This document shows, piece by piece, positions 1-9,423 of a stretch of DNA of 26,702 nt. Position 1 is the stretch's first letter. Each line of letters opens with the position of its first letter. A program made the position numbers and the translations under genes. The notes under the pieces were generated by a model. The model ran no database searches and was not told the origin of the DNA. It saw only the letters and a program-made list of their open reading frames with translations. Origin of the DNA: a virus (Duplodnaviria > Heunggongvirae > Uroviricota > Caudoviricetes); the IMG/VR virus record IMGVR_UViG_2660238061_000004; one strand, 5' to 3'.

Positions 1-108
1 TTACTTCCGCTTGTTCAGCCAGTTCACGATCATACTGGCAAGAATACCAGCAATGACCGGAGCCGCTAAATCATGCCAGAAGGCCATGCCCAGTTCTGCG
101 AGCGTCAT
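1..108 (-). CDS. short ORF fragment with a hydrophobic segment, function unknown
   Basis: Minus-strand reading of 1..108 gives MTLAELGMAFWHDLAAPVIAGILASMIVNWLNKRK then TAA at the window edge. The Met codon abuts the N-run, so the true N-terminus and even contiguity with the rest are uncertain. Confidence 0.2.
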   Translation of the reverse strand: MTLAELGMAFWHDLAAPVIAGILASMIVNWLNKRK

Positions 109-118
109 NNNNNNNNNN
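109..118. other. run of 10 N (assembly gap or masked bases)
   Basis: Literal n characters in the sequence; they interrupt the 3' end of the capsid ORF. Confidence 0.95.
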
Positions 119-1007
119 GGCCCAGGCGGCCGTAGTAGGTTGTCAGCTGATACAGGCCGCGGTATTCCAGCGGGGTATTCAGCAGCGGCACCAGCGGGAA
201 GCGAATGAATTTCTCATCCTGGGTGTACGCTACAACGCGGTGTGCACCAGCCGCGCCGCGTTTGGATGCCCATTTCATGGACACGATTTCCAGCGGTTCG
301 CCGTTTTCCTGGAACGCGATACAGTTAACTTTCACGTACTCCAGCACGGAGATATTGCCCGCATCAGAAACCTTCTTGCTTGCCAGCAGGCCGAATAACT
401 CCGGCGCCAGGCCGACTTTTTTCGGGCAAATTGCGTAACCTGAAGTCACCCATGCCTGGGAGAGGATGAGGTTAAAGTCCTGTACGATTTCGTCAGGGCT
501 GGCGGTGGCCCACGCTTTGGCTGCGCTGATCGGCGTTACCTGGGAAAGGTTCAACAGGCCGGTGATACCCATGTCGCTGTCGCCGATATAAACCTGCTCA
601 TCGATGTCCATGTTCCATTTCAGCTGCATGGCATCATACTTTTGGCTGTCGATTGGGCGTCCAACCTGCTGCGCTGAAGCCAGTTCCGGCAAGGTCCAGC
701 CCAGCTCCATACCCCACAGGCTAAGCGGCTGTGCGGTCTTCTCGATATAGAGATTGGTCTGCGGAAGCGCGGTGGAGTTTTTGCCTATCCAGTTTTTACC
801 GTTCGGGTTTACACCACCAGCGGCTGCCAGATCGGTGTTGGTGAAAGATGACTGCTCGTCGGCGATAGAAACATCGCTACGCAGAGGCATATCGCGCGAC
901 CACTTATAGCTAACCAGCGGCAGGTTGAGCGTCTGGTCGAGGCGTTCAAGTTCGCCGACCAGGAATACGCCAGCAGCGTCTACGGTGGCCTTATCAATGG
1001 TAATCAT
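119..1007 (-). CDS. phage major capsid protein, C-terminus truncated by the N-run
   Basis: 300-aa ORF in the track; last gene of a terminase-portal-scaffold-capsid order; translation looks like a DUF2184-type major capsid protein from memory; ATG at 1005..1007. Confidence 0.7.
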
Positions 1008-1018
1008 TCATCGTTCCT

Positions 1019-1537
1019 TTAGATGTTGTAGGCGATTTCAACGTTGCCGTGGGTGGTGGTGGCGCTGCTGTCCCCCGGCCCCATCACTTTGGCGATGGTC
1101 AGCTCCGGGGTGTTTTCTGCGGTAGCGTCTGGCTTGAGCACCACTGAACCAAGAGGACTGGAGGCAGTAGGCTCAGCAACGCGGATATAAACCTTGTCGC
1201 CCTTCTTGGCGGTACCGGCCTGTGCTGCTGGCACCGCTACGGCGATATAACCGCGCTTGAGGGCATCGCCGGTATAACCGCTCGTGATGCCCAGCGCGCG
1301 AGCGTCGGTCGGGTTGGTGGTCGGGTATGGGCGAATGAAGATACCGTCAACATCGTCGATATCATCACCAGCTTCCAGCGGCACAAATTTACCGTTGAGG
1401 TTTTTGCCAGCCAGACCATACGAAGGGAATGGCTTAGCGGCATCGAGAATCACCGGCTCTGCGGTGAGGTCCTGCGGGCGAGTTACGGCACCAGGGAAGC
1501 CCAGCCCCATGCGAGTTAGATAAGCTTTACCAGCCAT
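1019..1537 (-). CDS. capsid-associated structural protein (decoration or DUF2190-like)
   Basis: 172-aa ORF immediately upstream of the capsid gene on the same strand, Gly/Pro/Ala-rich; assignment is positional. Confidence 0.45.
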   Translation of the reverse strand: MAGKAYLTRMGLGFPGAVTRPQDLTAEPVILDAAKPFPSYGLAGKNLNGKFVPLEAGDDIDDVDGIFIRPYPTTNPTDARALGITSGYTGDALKRGYIAVAVPAAQAGTAKKGDKVYIRVAEPTASSPLGSVVLKPDATAENTPELTIAKVMGPGDSSATTTHGNVEIAYNI

Positions 1538-1548
1538 TGTTGGTTACC

Positions 1549-2802
1549 TTATTTGTTACGTTTCCAGAATTCGGCGTTGATTTTGTTCAACTCAGCCGGG
1601 GACATTGGGCCGCGGGCGCGGTCGCCAGTTGGTTTGCCTGAAGGCGGGGTGATGCGGTTCTTTGCCTTACTGATCTCGACTGCAGCCTTAAACACCGCAT
1701 CGACAGTGGCCTTCGGCGCTTTGGCGAAGTCGGAAATGCCAAACGCCTTCAGGCTGTCGCCTGTGCGCAGCGCCTGGTTGAGTACCTGACGCTTCAGGCC
1801 TTTGTCGCCGGCAGGCTGGAAGCCCGGGCAGATGATCTCTGCGTCGCCGATGATGTTGCGCTTATAGGCCGCATCGCCGGTTACCTTCGCATCCTCTTTC
1901 GCGTCTTCGTCACCGGTTTTGGTTTCGTCGTCCAGATCAGCATCGCCAGTTTTGCCTTCCAGCTTATCGAGTCGAGCAATCAGAGCCTGCGCCCAGGCGG
2001 GCGCCTCTTCATCACCGGTTTTCTTTTCCGGATCGGTATCTTCATCGACCGTGGTCTTCTGGTCTGCTGGCAGCGCGGTAGCCTGTGAAGGCACGTTCAT
2101 GTTGATGGTTACGCCGGGGATGGAACCCATGCCGTCAGATGGCATGTCCGGCGCTTCATCGATGAGCTTCGTCAGCGCGTCCTCATCTTTCGTCTTAATG
2201 GCCTGAGCCAGTTTTTTCAGCCATGACATTGCAGGCTTCTCCTTTGGTTTTGATGGGGCCGAATCCCCGATTGCACAGCGGGAGCCCGCCCGGCCCTTAT
2301 CAACGATGGCCAGATGGTTTCCTGTGATTTCTGTTTGCTTGCCCTTGCCCGGGCCGATTTGCACGTACTGGGCGTCGTAGCCACAGCTGACCTGGTTTTT
2401 ACCAGCGTTGACCGCATCGATGCCTTCCTGCCGCTTCACCAGCACATCAGCGATCAACAGGTCGGTTTTATCGCCGGTGCCGCGGCGGACGTTCTGGATA
2501 TGGCCATGGGCCAGCTCCGCGAAGTTCGCCGGGTTAACGAAAACGATGTTGCCTTCGCCGTCTTCCGGGTGATCCAGCGTTACCGCCATGCCCTCGAAGC
2601 TCGCCATAGTCTCTGGAGAGAAAACCTCGTCCTCGGTGCGATAGATGACCACCAGCCCATCTGCGCCAGGCTCAAGGCCGATTTCTTCGGGAAGATAGGT
2701 TTGCGTGCCGGTGCGGGCGATCGGGACGTCTTTGCACAGCAGGGAGCCGTCCGCCAGCTGGTAGCGCGTTTCGCCAAGGCGGGTAATGAAGAAGTATTTC
2801 AT
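1549..2802 (-). CDS. head scaffolding / prohead maturation protein (DUF2213-like)
   Basis: 417-aa ORF between the head morphogenesis gene and the capsid-associated gene; long acidic, low-complexity middle (TGDEDAKEDAK...) typical of scaffolds. Confidence 0.5.
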   Translation of the reverse strand: MKYFFITRLGETRYQLADGSLLCKDVPIARTGTQTYLPEEIGLEPGADGLVVIYRTEDEVFSPETMASFEGMAVTLDHPEDGEGNIVFVNPANFAELAHGHIQNVRRGTGDKTDLLIADVLVKRQEGIDAVNAGKNQVSCGYDAQYVQIGPGKGKQTEITGNHLAIVDKGRAGSRCAIGDSAPSKPKEKPAMSWLKKLAQAIKTKDEDALTKLIDEAPDMPSDGMGSIPGVTINMNVPSQATALPADQKTTVDEDTDPEKKTGDEEAPAWAQALIARLDKLEGKTGDADLDDETKTGDEDAKEDAKVTGDAAYKRNIIGDAEIICPGFQPAGDKGLKRQVLNQALRTGDSLKAFGISDFAKAPKATVDAVFKAAVEISKAKNRITPPSGKPTGDRARGPMSPAELNKINAEFWKRNK

Positions 2803-2904
2803 GGGTTACCTGCTGAATTGCGGGCAGTAAAAAGGCCGCGCAGTAGCGGCCACTGGGGTTTATCTAATGCTTTAGCACGAGCTCTTCACCACTAATTTTC
2901 GGCC

Positions 2905-2933
2905 TTGACACTCTAAATTCGATAGTGAAAACA
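2905..2933 (+). promoter_or_regulatory. putative sigma70 promoter for the plus-strand moron
   Basis: Exact TTGACA at 2905..2910; the downstream -10 is poor (AAAACA / TAGTGA region), so this is weak. Confidence 0.25.
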
Positions 2934-2969
2934 TGAACATTGATTCCCACCACCAAAAGGAGTTTTGAA

Positions 2970-3167
2970 ATGAGCACTAAAGCAGAATTGTTAGCGAAGA
3001 TGGATCGCATGGCAGATGAGTGGTCACGCACCACTGGCCTCAACAATGACTATGTTGAGGGCGAGCGTTACACCAAAATCAAAGACCAACTTGCAGCGCT
3101 CGGGGTGAACGCTCGCATTGATGCCGTAGAGGGTAATTCAGCTCAATTCAGGGTTTATGTAGATTGA
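2970..3167 (+). CDS. small hypothetical protein (moron inside the head module, opposite strand)
   Basis: ATG at 2970 preceded by AAAGGAG seven nt upstream; 65 aa (MSTKAELLAKMDRMADEW...); stop TGA 3165..3167; followed by a hairpin plus T-run. Confidence 0.55.
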   Translation: MSTKAELLAKMDRMADEWSRTTGLNNDYVEGERYTKIKDQLAALGVNARIDAVEGNSAQFRVYVD

Positions 3168-3182
3168 GAAAGCCTCCCTCCC

Positions 3183-3210
3183 AGCCATCCTTGTGATGGC
3201 TTTTTTATTT
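3183..3210 (+). terminator. rho-independent terminator after the moron
   Basis: agccatc-cttgt-gatggct stem-loop followed by TTTTT; no T-run on the opposite strand. Confidence 0.5.
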
Positions 3211-3962
3211 CCTGGGATTTGGCACCTGCACTTCCGGCCAGCATTTGCAGTTCGGCAGGCACCCGGCGTGCCCGGTCATACCGTCCAGCGTCGGCGGGTT
3301 ATCCCAGCGCACAAACTTATCTTTCATCCAGCGATGTGAATCGCGCGTTCCGGCCCCTTCGATGCGCCACCAGTAGCCCTCAGAGCCAATCGACTCAGCG
3401 CGCGCCTGGGTGAGCGCTGTCGTGGCCCGGCCGATTTCGGTGCGGGCGATCATCTTCGCGCGGCTCTCTGCCACGTCGCCGGACTCCATAATCATCCGAT
3501 AGAGCGCGTCGGGGCGCTCACCGTTTATGACGGCTTCCATTGCGCGCTCCTGGATGTCACGAACGCGGTCGGCAGCTTCCAGCGGAAGAGATTTAATCAG
3601 CTGCACCTGCGGGATACGATGTCCTGAGCCACGAACCCCACCGGCGTATTGCCGACAACATCCCGCAGCCCCTCAGAGATTTCCTGCGACACAGAGCGCC
3701 ACTGGTTCCACTCCTCCTGCTCAACCTGCAGGAACATGCGTTTGGCTACCCGGTCGGCCCAGTCGTCAATCAGCAGCGAGTAATCTATCAGCCGGGCGCT
3801 AACCTGCTCGGCGCTCGCTTCCGAACCATCGTAGGAGCCAGTTACTATCGCGCCGCACTGACGCGCTATCTCCTGTAGACTTTTCTGATACTGGCGCTCC
3901 GATTTGCGGCGGAGGTTCGGTTTCAGATTCAGCCTCCTCCCATTCTGCTTTGGCATCTTCAA
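3205..3962 (-). pseudogene. phage head morphogenesis protein (Mu F / SPP1 gp7-like) split by a frameshift near 3600
   Basis: Track ORFs 3597..3962 (121 aa) and 3205..3606 (133 aa) are adjacent in different frames and together give a full-length protein; the downstream frame stays open upstream of its first start. May be a sequencing error rather than a true pseudogene. Confidence 0.55.
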
Positions 3963-5277
3963 TATCCTTGTCGGTGATAGAGCCGCCGATACCGATGATG
4001 TCGGACAGGTTGCGCAGGTCGTTCAGCGCGGCATGCTGCGGCATACCGATGTCGCGCACGGCAGTCGCCAGGGCGGTGGCCACGTTGCTGGCCATTGTCG
4101 CCCGGTCAGTGTCCGACATCTCCCAGAGCTTGTTGAACTCGAAGGTGAAGTCTTCCGGCAGGGGCTGTCCGAACAGGGAGCGCCAGGAGATATCCAGCAG
4201 CCAGCGGATGTGTCGGCGCAGGCGGCGCTCCTGCAGCGAGTTAACGCGGCTGTAGTAGTTCTCCAGATCCCCGTCGCCGGTGCTGAATCCGGATGGTGAC
4301 TGCCCGAACAGGCGCACCAGCGGGATCCCAGTTGCGCCGGATACCTGCTCAGCAAAGCGCAGGATGACATCAGCGATCCCGGCGAACGAGTAACTGTGGG
4401 TCTGGAACTCGTCCGACTTATCCATGATGGTCATGCCTTCTATGGTCTGGAACTCACGGATCATGTCCATGTGCTTCATCAGACCATCTTCCAGCGTGCC
4501 GCCAGTGGCCAGAATCTTACGCAATCCGTCAATGCTGTAGGTACGCAGGTGCGCCTTGTGAATCAGCTGTGTAGTGCCGACGGTTGCGGTATCGAACGCC
4601 TGAATGCGCTCGTAGATACGCTCGACTACCGACATTCCCCAGCCGTTCTCGGTCTGCGCCTGCTGGAATGGCAGTGTGTCACCTTCCATGCGGATAATGC
4701 GGCTGTGGTGAATCTTCCACGGGGGGATCCCCTGCTGGTTGGTCACCACCTTGTAGTACTTCGGCTTGCCGAACTCCGGGCCGTAATCGGTCACCAGGTC
4801 GTAATAGCTCGGGGTTACCTGCCAGCGGTCGAGGCACATCACCCCCTTGAACTGACCCTCTTTGATGCGGTCGAGCTTCAGCGGAGTGGACATGTCCTGC
4901 CCTTCCAGCAGCACCACCAGCAGCGCGCCGCCGTACAGCCGGGACCACTTCAGGGTGTCGTTCAGTCCGTCCCAGATGGCAATGTCATCCCAGAACATCT
5001 CAAATTTACCCTTCTGTCCGGGCTCGAGCTTGGAACTGATGTTTATGCCCTTGCGGGTCATATCATCGGCCATAGCGTCTACACCGGCGCCCACCAAAAA
5101 CGATGAACGATACGCAAATTCCAGCTGTACGCGGTTACGCGAGATATAGCCAGGCTGATAGCTCCCACCGCTCTGGATGTTGGATGTATAGCCGCCGAGC
5201 TTAGCCGCGAAGTTGTTGTACCCGTCACCAGTCCGGACGGGCTTTTGTGCGCCGCTCTGGCGTTTCTTTCGGGACAT
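3799..5277 (-). CDS. phage portal protein
   Basis: 492-aa ORF directly after terminase large; ATG 5275..5277 with GAGGGG upstream; acidic C-terminal tail. The 3' end overlaps the next gene by about 160 nt, so the true stop may be earlier. Confidence 0.75.
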   Translation of the reverse strand: MSRKKRQSGAQKPVRTGDGYNNFAAKLGGYTSNIQSGGSYQPGYISRNRVQLEFAYRSSFLVGAGVDAMADDMTRKGINISSKLEPGQKGKFEMFWDDIAIWDGLNDTLKWSRLYGGALLVVLLEGQDMSTPLKLDRIKEGQFKGVMCLDRWQVTPSYYDLVTDYGPEFGKPKYYKVVTNQQGIPPWKIHHSRIIRMEGDTLPFQQAQTENGWGMSVVERIYERIQAFDTATVGTTQLIHKAHLRTYSIDGLRKILATGGTLEDGLMKHMDMIREFQTIEGMTIMDKSDEFQTHSYSFAGIADVILRFAEQVSGATGIPLVRLFGQSPSGFSTGDGDLENYYSRVNSLQERRLRRHIRWLLDISWRSLFGQPLPEDFTFEFNKLWEMSDTDRATMASNVATALATAVRDIGMPQHAALNDLRNLSDIIGIGGSITDKDIEDAKAEWEEAESETEPPPQIGAPVSEKSTGDSASVRRDSNWLLRWFGSERRAG

Positions 5278-5289
5278 ATCCCCTCACTA

Positions 5290-6495
5290 TTATTGTTTGC
5301 CCAGGGCGGCCCAGACACCGAGATCGCCAACGCTTGTGATGTATCCATCCAGCGAGTAGCGCACGGCATCCCACAGGTGGTTATGCTTATCCACGACAAC
5401 CGGCAGCACTTCGCCGGTCATGCGGTCGGTTTTGTAGGAGTAAAGGCGCGCCTCATCGACCATGTGCTTACAGCGCTCATGGATGATGATTTCTTCGAAC
5501 CCTTTCAGGTAGGTAATGCCGTCCTCAACGCTCCCCGGCCATTTGGTAGCGCCGTCGATGATGAAGCCCTGACGCGAAAGATAACTGATGGTCTCCGGCC
5601 GGCTGCAGTCGCCGTGAATGGGCCATTTTCTGGATTCCGGGATGGAGTCATAGAACTGCGCCATTTCGTCCAGCTCGACGCCGACGCCGTAGGCTTCGTA
5701 CTCGATGTACAATCGGGTGCCGATAATGAAGCAACGGACCAGAGTGGATGGGTCGTTGGCGAAACCGAAGTCAGCCCCATAAAACAGGCGATCGGCTTCT
5801 TTCCACAGGTCGTCAGAGAATGCCTCAACCCGGTACTTGCCGGAGAAGATAACGGCCTCACTGAGCGCCTTCGGCAGCCCCAGCCAGATATGCTCGTAAG
5901 CCTCGAAGTCGATACGCTTGCAGTATTCCATCTCGTGCCTGAGCACGTCAGGGAAGAATGCGTTATCGCAGTAGTTGACGCAGGTAATAATCGCTCCGCC
6001 ATCAGGGGGATCGGCGCGGTGCCGCTCCATCATGGCGTAGGTCGGGTCGGTAGCTTCGCGCGGGTTGAACGACACCCACACTTCGGATTTATTGGCGCGA
6101 ACGGTCGGACCGAGGATGTCCCAGCTATCCTGCGATACGGTTTGCGCTTCCTCTACCCAGCATATTTTGATGCCGTGCATCGACTTAATGCTCTGGATGT
6201 TGTTGCGCAGACCTTTGAAGGTAAACCGCGTGCCGTTGCTGCCCTCTATCTCGTTGTTCTTGACCTTGTAGAAGTGCGCCAGGCCAAGCGAGTGGATTTC
6301 AGCGTCCAGCAGTGCCAGTACCGAATCGTTGATAGAGTTCTGGAACTCACGAGCGCACAGGATGATCATTGGCTCGATAGCGCCCAACAATACCAGCGCG
6401 CGGGCAATCTCTACCGATTTGCCGCCACCACGACCGCCATACGTCCAGCGCCAGCGGACAGAGCCTATCGGTGCGTCGTACAGCGTCCCGAGCAC
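5290..6495 (-). CDS. terminase large subunit
   Basis: 401 aa with Walker A GGRGGGKS near the N-terminus and nuclease-like C-terminal half; GTG start without a clear SD, so the start is uncertain. Confidence 0.85.
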   Translation of the reverse strand: MLGTLYDAPIGSVRWRWTYGGRGGGKSVEIARALVLLGAIEPMIILCAREFQNSINDSVLALLDAEIHSLGLAHFYKVKNNEIEGSNGTRFTFKGLRNNIQSIKSMHGIKICWVEEAQTVSQDSWDILGPTVRANKSEVWVSFNPREATDPTYAMMERHRADPPDGGAIITCVNYCDNAFFPDVLRHEMEYCKRIDFEAYEHIWLGLPKALSEAVIFSGKYRVEAFSDDLWKEADRLFYGADFGFANDPSTLVRCFIIGTRLYIEYEAYGVGVELDEMAQFYDSIPESRKWPIHGDCSRPETISYLSRQGFIIDGATKWPGSVEDGITYLKGFEEIIIHERCKHMVDEARLYSYKTDRMTGEVLPVVVDKHNHLWDAVRYSLDGYITSVGDLGVWAALGKQ

Positions 6496-6530
6496 CCAGT
6501 CGCTACTGAATGAGTACAGGACACCATCGA

Positions 6531-7238
6531 TTATTGTTGGGCTGTCTGCTTTCCCTCGCGCAGCTTATCCATGTGCGCTGCCCACGCTTCAGGCGGGCAG
6601 TTCGACGGCGTGACGATGCAGACCTTTCCGTAACTCAGGCCAGCCAGATCGACATTCACTTCCGTTTTGTTGCTCATGTCGATGCCGGTGAGCTGCGCGG
6701 CGTTTTTGATGTTCGGGGCTACCTGCCCAAACTTCTCAGCGTCCAGCGCGGCTTTCGCCGATTTGTAGGAGAGTTCAGCCAGGTCTTTCGCGTCGAATGA
6801 TACGAGCAGAGCGGCATCCTGACGCAGCTCTCTGATGCGCCTGCGCACATCCGGGCGTTTGAAAAGTATCGATGCCTGGGAATCAGCGCGTGAAGGCGAA
6901 TAGCCCGCGCATATCGCCGCCTCTTTCTGCGGCATGCCCCGCGCGATGTTCTGCGCAAACTGCTCATGCTGTGGTTTAAGGATGCCTGCGTTTTCCTGCG
7001 CAGTATCGCCCTCAACTGGCGTAGAGGCTTCAACCACTACTACATGCGGCATCTGGCTTTGCGCAGTTTTGCGCACATCCTTTTGCGCAGTTTTTTGCGC
7101 AGCAGGCTTTTTGATGTACCTGCGCGCAGATGTATAATTCAGTCCCTGCGCTTCGCACCATTCTTTCGGCGATATACCTGTTTTGGCATGCTCGGCGAGG
7201 AACCGTCTTTGGAGGCTTCCCCAGTCCGGTTTTGCCAT
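6531..7238 (-). CDS. terminase small subunit
   Basis: 235-aa ORF directly upstream of terminase large; N-terminal HTH-like segment ([23 protein letters not shown]); ATG at 7236..7238. Confidence 0.65.
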   Translation of the reverse strand: MAKPDWGSLQRRFLAEHAKTGISPKEWCEAQGLNYTSARRYIKKPAAQKTAQKDVRKTAQSQMPHVVVVEASTPVEGDTAQENAGILKPQHEQFAQNIARGMPQKEAAICAGYSPSRADSQASILFKRPDVRRRIRELRQDAALLVSFDAKDLAELSYKSAKAALDAEKFGQVAPNIKNAAQLTGIDMSNKTEVNVDLAGLSYGKVCIVTPSNCPPEAWAAHMDKLREGKQTAQQ

Positions 7239-7374
7239 AAAACTCTCTGGAATATTCCAATAAACGAGGCGATAGTAACCATTGAAAATGACGAAGTATT
7301 AGCGGCAAAAATTATTTTGCTTCTATACAAGTGTCATGTTTCAACCCTAAGAACTTTGATGCAAAGGAACGACT

Positions 7375-7635
7375 ATGTCAGATGTAGAAAAAAGAATTGC
7401 CCATCTTGAGGATTTGGTTGAAGAGTTACAGTTACACAGCCACGCTTCTCGTGTTGCTATTGCTGTATTATCAACGGCTTTAAACGGAGTTGTGGGGAAA
7501 GAAACTCACCTCGGAGATGTTTATTTAGAAGGGGTTTCTAAGGCCGACCCCATCGAATTCGACATTCCCGCTAAAGATGGATACCTAGAAAAATTAAACG
7601 AGAGAGTCGCTGCTCTACTAGGCAGAGCACAATAA
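7375..7635 (+). CDS. small coiled-coil protein, AT-rich moron in the lambda bor position
   Basis: ATG 7375 with AAAGGAAC upstream; 86 aa (MSDVEKRIAHLEDLVEELQ...) with a hydrophobic stretch VAIAVLSTALNGVV; opposite strand to the flanking late genes; not Bor-like (no lipoprotein signal). Confidence 0.5.
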   Translation: MSDVEKRIAHLEDLVEELQLHSHASRVAIAVLSTALNGVVGKETHLGDVYLEGVSKADPIEFDIPAKDGYLEKLNERVAALLGRAQ

Positions 7636-7671
7636 GCATTTTTCAAAATCATTTTTCTTAAGCCTTTTACG

Positions 7672-7689
7672 CATCCCCTCCGGGGGATG
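7672..7689 (+). other. GC-rich hairpin after the 7375 gene, no T-run
   Basis: catcccc-tccg-ggggatg perfect 7-bp stem. Confidence 0.25.
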
Positions 7690-7726
7690 TAGCCATAAAG
7701 ATGAGTTTGTCCATAGCGTTGACACT

Positions 7727-7750
7727 AAAAAACCGCCCGTAGGCGGTTTG
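7727..7750 (-). terminator. rho-independent terminator for minus-strand (late) transcripts
   Basis: aaccgcc-cgta-ggcggtt perfect stem preceded by an A-run on plus, which is a T-run on the minus strand. Confidence 0.45.
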
Positions 7751-8134
7751 TAGGTGAAAGGAAGGCCAAGCTAATGCGAATTACTACAAGGTTCAGTTAT
7801 CCCTAATGACGCGACGGACATTTCGGGGCCAAACCAAGCAGCGTCACCTGAGCCCCTTGGCTTTTCATGAATTGACCCAACAGCGTGACCTGAAAGGCGG
7901 GAGACTCCAACGTCCCAGACGCGGGTGGTAAAAATCTCAAGATGGTCATCCATCTCGGAATTCTCCCTTCGCACTATCCTCTCGATTTCTGTTACCCCTG
8001 GCTCAGGAACCCTGACGTCACGATCAACGGTTGCTTAAGGGGAAGTCCAAAAACTGGGTCAAAAAGACCTCCTTGAACTTTCCGTGGGTTAACATTTTTT
8101 ATGATAGCGAAACGGGTAACTTTCGCAAATATTG

Positions 8135-8398
8135 TTATTTAAAATGAGATGTGCGTGAAAGTTCAACCTTCCATATATCAGCCTTATCCCGATTGCATTG
8201 CCCCAGCGCCGATAGCAGACTGACATTCAGATCCAGACTGTCCCCGTAGGTCAGCGGCTCGGGAATGGCAGGCTGTGGTGTTTCAGCTGTCAGGTTCGCC
8301 GGCAGGGGCACCACCGGCGCCTGCACGTAAACTGTCCGCGTATTCCCGCAGCCGGTTAGCAGCTGCAGCAGGCACAGGCCGACGAGCGCAATCATCAT
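8135..8398 (-). CDS. Rz1-like outer-membrane spanin lipoprotein
   Basis: Out-of-frame ORF starting inside Rz; lipobox LLTGC after a hydrophobic leader; proline-rich mature part; start taken at the internal MM (track ORF is 8135..8464). Confidence 0.55.
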   Translation of the reverse strand: MMIALVGLCLLQLLTGCGNTRTVYVQAPVVPLPANLTAETPQPAIPEPLTYGDSLDLNVSLLSALGQCNRDKADIWKVELSRTSHFK

Positions 8399-8675
8399 CC
8401 GCAACAGCCACTTTGATATCTGCCTGGGCTCTCTGTGACTCCAGTGCGATCTTGTTCTTTGCATTCTGGTTCGCCTCTGAAATGGCGTTGATGATACTCA
8501 CGGCCCGAATCACGTTCGCGGTGACAGCATTCGCGGTCTCAGCCTGCTGTTCTGCGCTATCGGCCCGCTCCTTTTCGCTACTGGCTTTGTCGCTGTAATA
8601 CCATGCCGACCAGCACGCCCCGCCGAACAGGCAAAGGAGGAATATGGCAATCGCAATGATGTGACGAGCTTTCAT
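8283..8675 (-). CDS. Rz-like inner-membrane spanin
   Basis: 130 aa with an N-terminal transmembrane segment and a coiled-coil/charged periplasmic part; start overlaps the endolysin stop. Confidence 0.65.
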   Translation of the reverse strand: MKARHIIAIAIFLLCLFGGACWSAWYYSDKASSEKERADSAEQQAETANAVTANVIRAVSIINAISEANQNAKNKIALESQRAQADIKVAVADDDCARRPVPAAAANRLREYADSLRAGAGGAPAGEPDS

Positions 8676-9208
8676 TTATCGAGCCCCCAGCATGCCAACG
8701 CGCTTTCTTGGTCGCGGCGTTCCACCTGACCGAAGCATCCGTTCTTCTGCCCCTTGGTTAGCCGGCAATCCCGGCCGCCATCTTTTATCCACCAGCGGAT
8801 CGCTTCGCATGCCCCTTTACGGTCACCGGCATTGATGCGCTTATAGAACGTCGAGGGGAAGCACTTACCGGGCCCGATGTTATACGGGCAGAAAGAAGCT
8901 ATTCCGGCCTTTTGCGGTTCGGTCAGCGGCACCCTGATATTGCGTTCAACCCAGGCCAGCGCTTTATTTCGCTCAACGGCATTCACCTGGTCACATTTGG
9001 CCTGCGTCAGCTTCATGCCCTGGCGAACTGGTTTACCATCTACCAGCGTGGCGCCGCGGCAAATAGTCCAGACGCCGCCACCGTCCTGATAAGCAATCAG
9101 GCTGTTGCCTTCCTTCTCATTCAGGAACTGATCGAGAATAACGGGCGCTGACGCACCGGCGAGGATAAGACCTAATACCGCAGCGCTAAGCTTTGATCTG
9201 TCAGCCAC
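8672..9208 (-). CDS. SAR endolysin (phage 21 R-like lysozyme)
   Basis: Lysozyme E...D...T catalytic region (EGNSLIAYQDGGGVWT) after a weakly hydrophobic signal-anchor-release segment (LSAAVLGLILAGASAPVIL); GTG start at 9206..9208 overlapping the holin stop (TAGTG) with GGGGGG upstream. Confidence 0.85.
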   Translation of the reverse strand: MADRSKLSAAVLGLILAGASAPVILDQFLNEKEGNSLIAYQDGGGVWTICRGATLVDGKPVRQGMKLTQAKCDQVNAVERNKALAWVERNIRVPLTEPQKAGIASFCPYNIGPGKCFPSTFYKRINAGDRKGACEAIRWWIKDGGRDCRLTKGQKNGCFGQVERRDQESALACWGLDK

Positions 9209-9423
9209 TATTCCCCCCTGGCGGCTTTGCGCCGGTCCTCTTTGATTTTGAAATACAGGTTTGTCAGATACGTCAGCAGCCCGAACACCAGGCTGCCAAG
9301 CACACCAATGGCTGCCCACTGCGATGGTGACACCTGGTCAAGCAACTGCAGGCTCCAGTAACCAGCGTTAGTCGCTGATGCACCATAGGCGATGCCAGTG
9401 GTTAGTTTTTCCATGCGTAACAT
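9208..9423 (-). CDS. class II holin, S21-type pinholin with dual-start motif
   Basis: 71 aa [23 protein letters not shown]...; two TMDs, charged C-terminus, Met1 and Met4 separated by a basic residue as in phage 21 S. Confidence 0.85.
   Translation of the reverse strand: MLRMEKLTTGIAYGASATNAGYWSLQLLDQVSPSQWAAIGVLGSLVFGLLTYLTNLYFKIKEDRRKAARGE

Noticed and set aside
11-208. 65-aa plus-strand ORF spanning the N-run
   Set aside because: It reads through the ambiguous bases and is antisense to the capsid gene.
2314-2895. 193-aa plus-strand ORF overlapping the scaffold-like gene
   Set aside because: Antisense to a better-supported gene; no SD and a translation that looks like a frame artefact.
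4396-6513. Long plus-strand ORFs (236 aa at 4396..5106 and 422 aa at 5245..6513) antisense to portal and terminase
   Set aside because: They lie wholly inside strongly supported minus-strand genes and have low-complexity Ala/Arg/Gly-rich translations typical of antisense frames in GC-rich DNA.
7771-7974. 67-aa minus-strand ORF in the noncoding stretch
   Set aside because: No SD, composition looks random, and it sits downstream of the late terminator.
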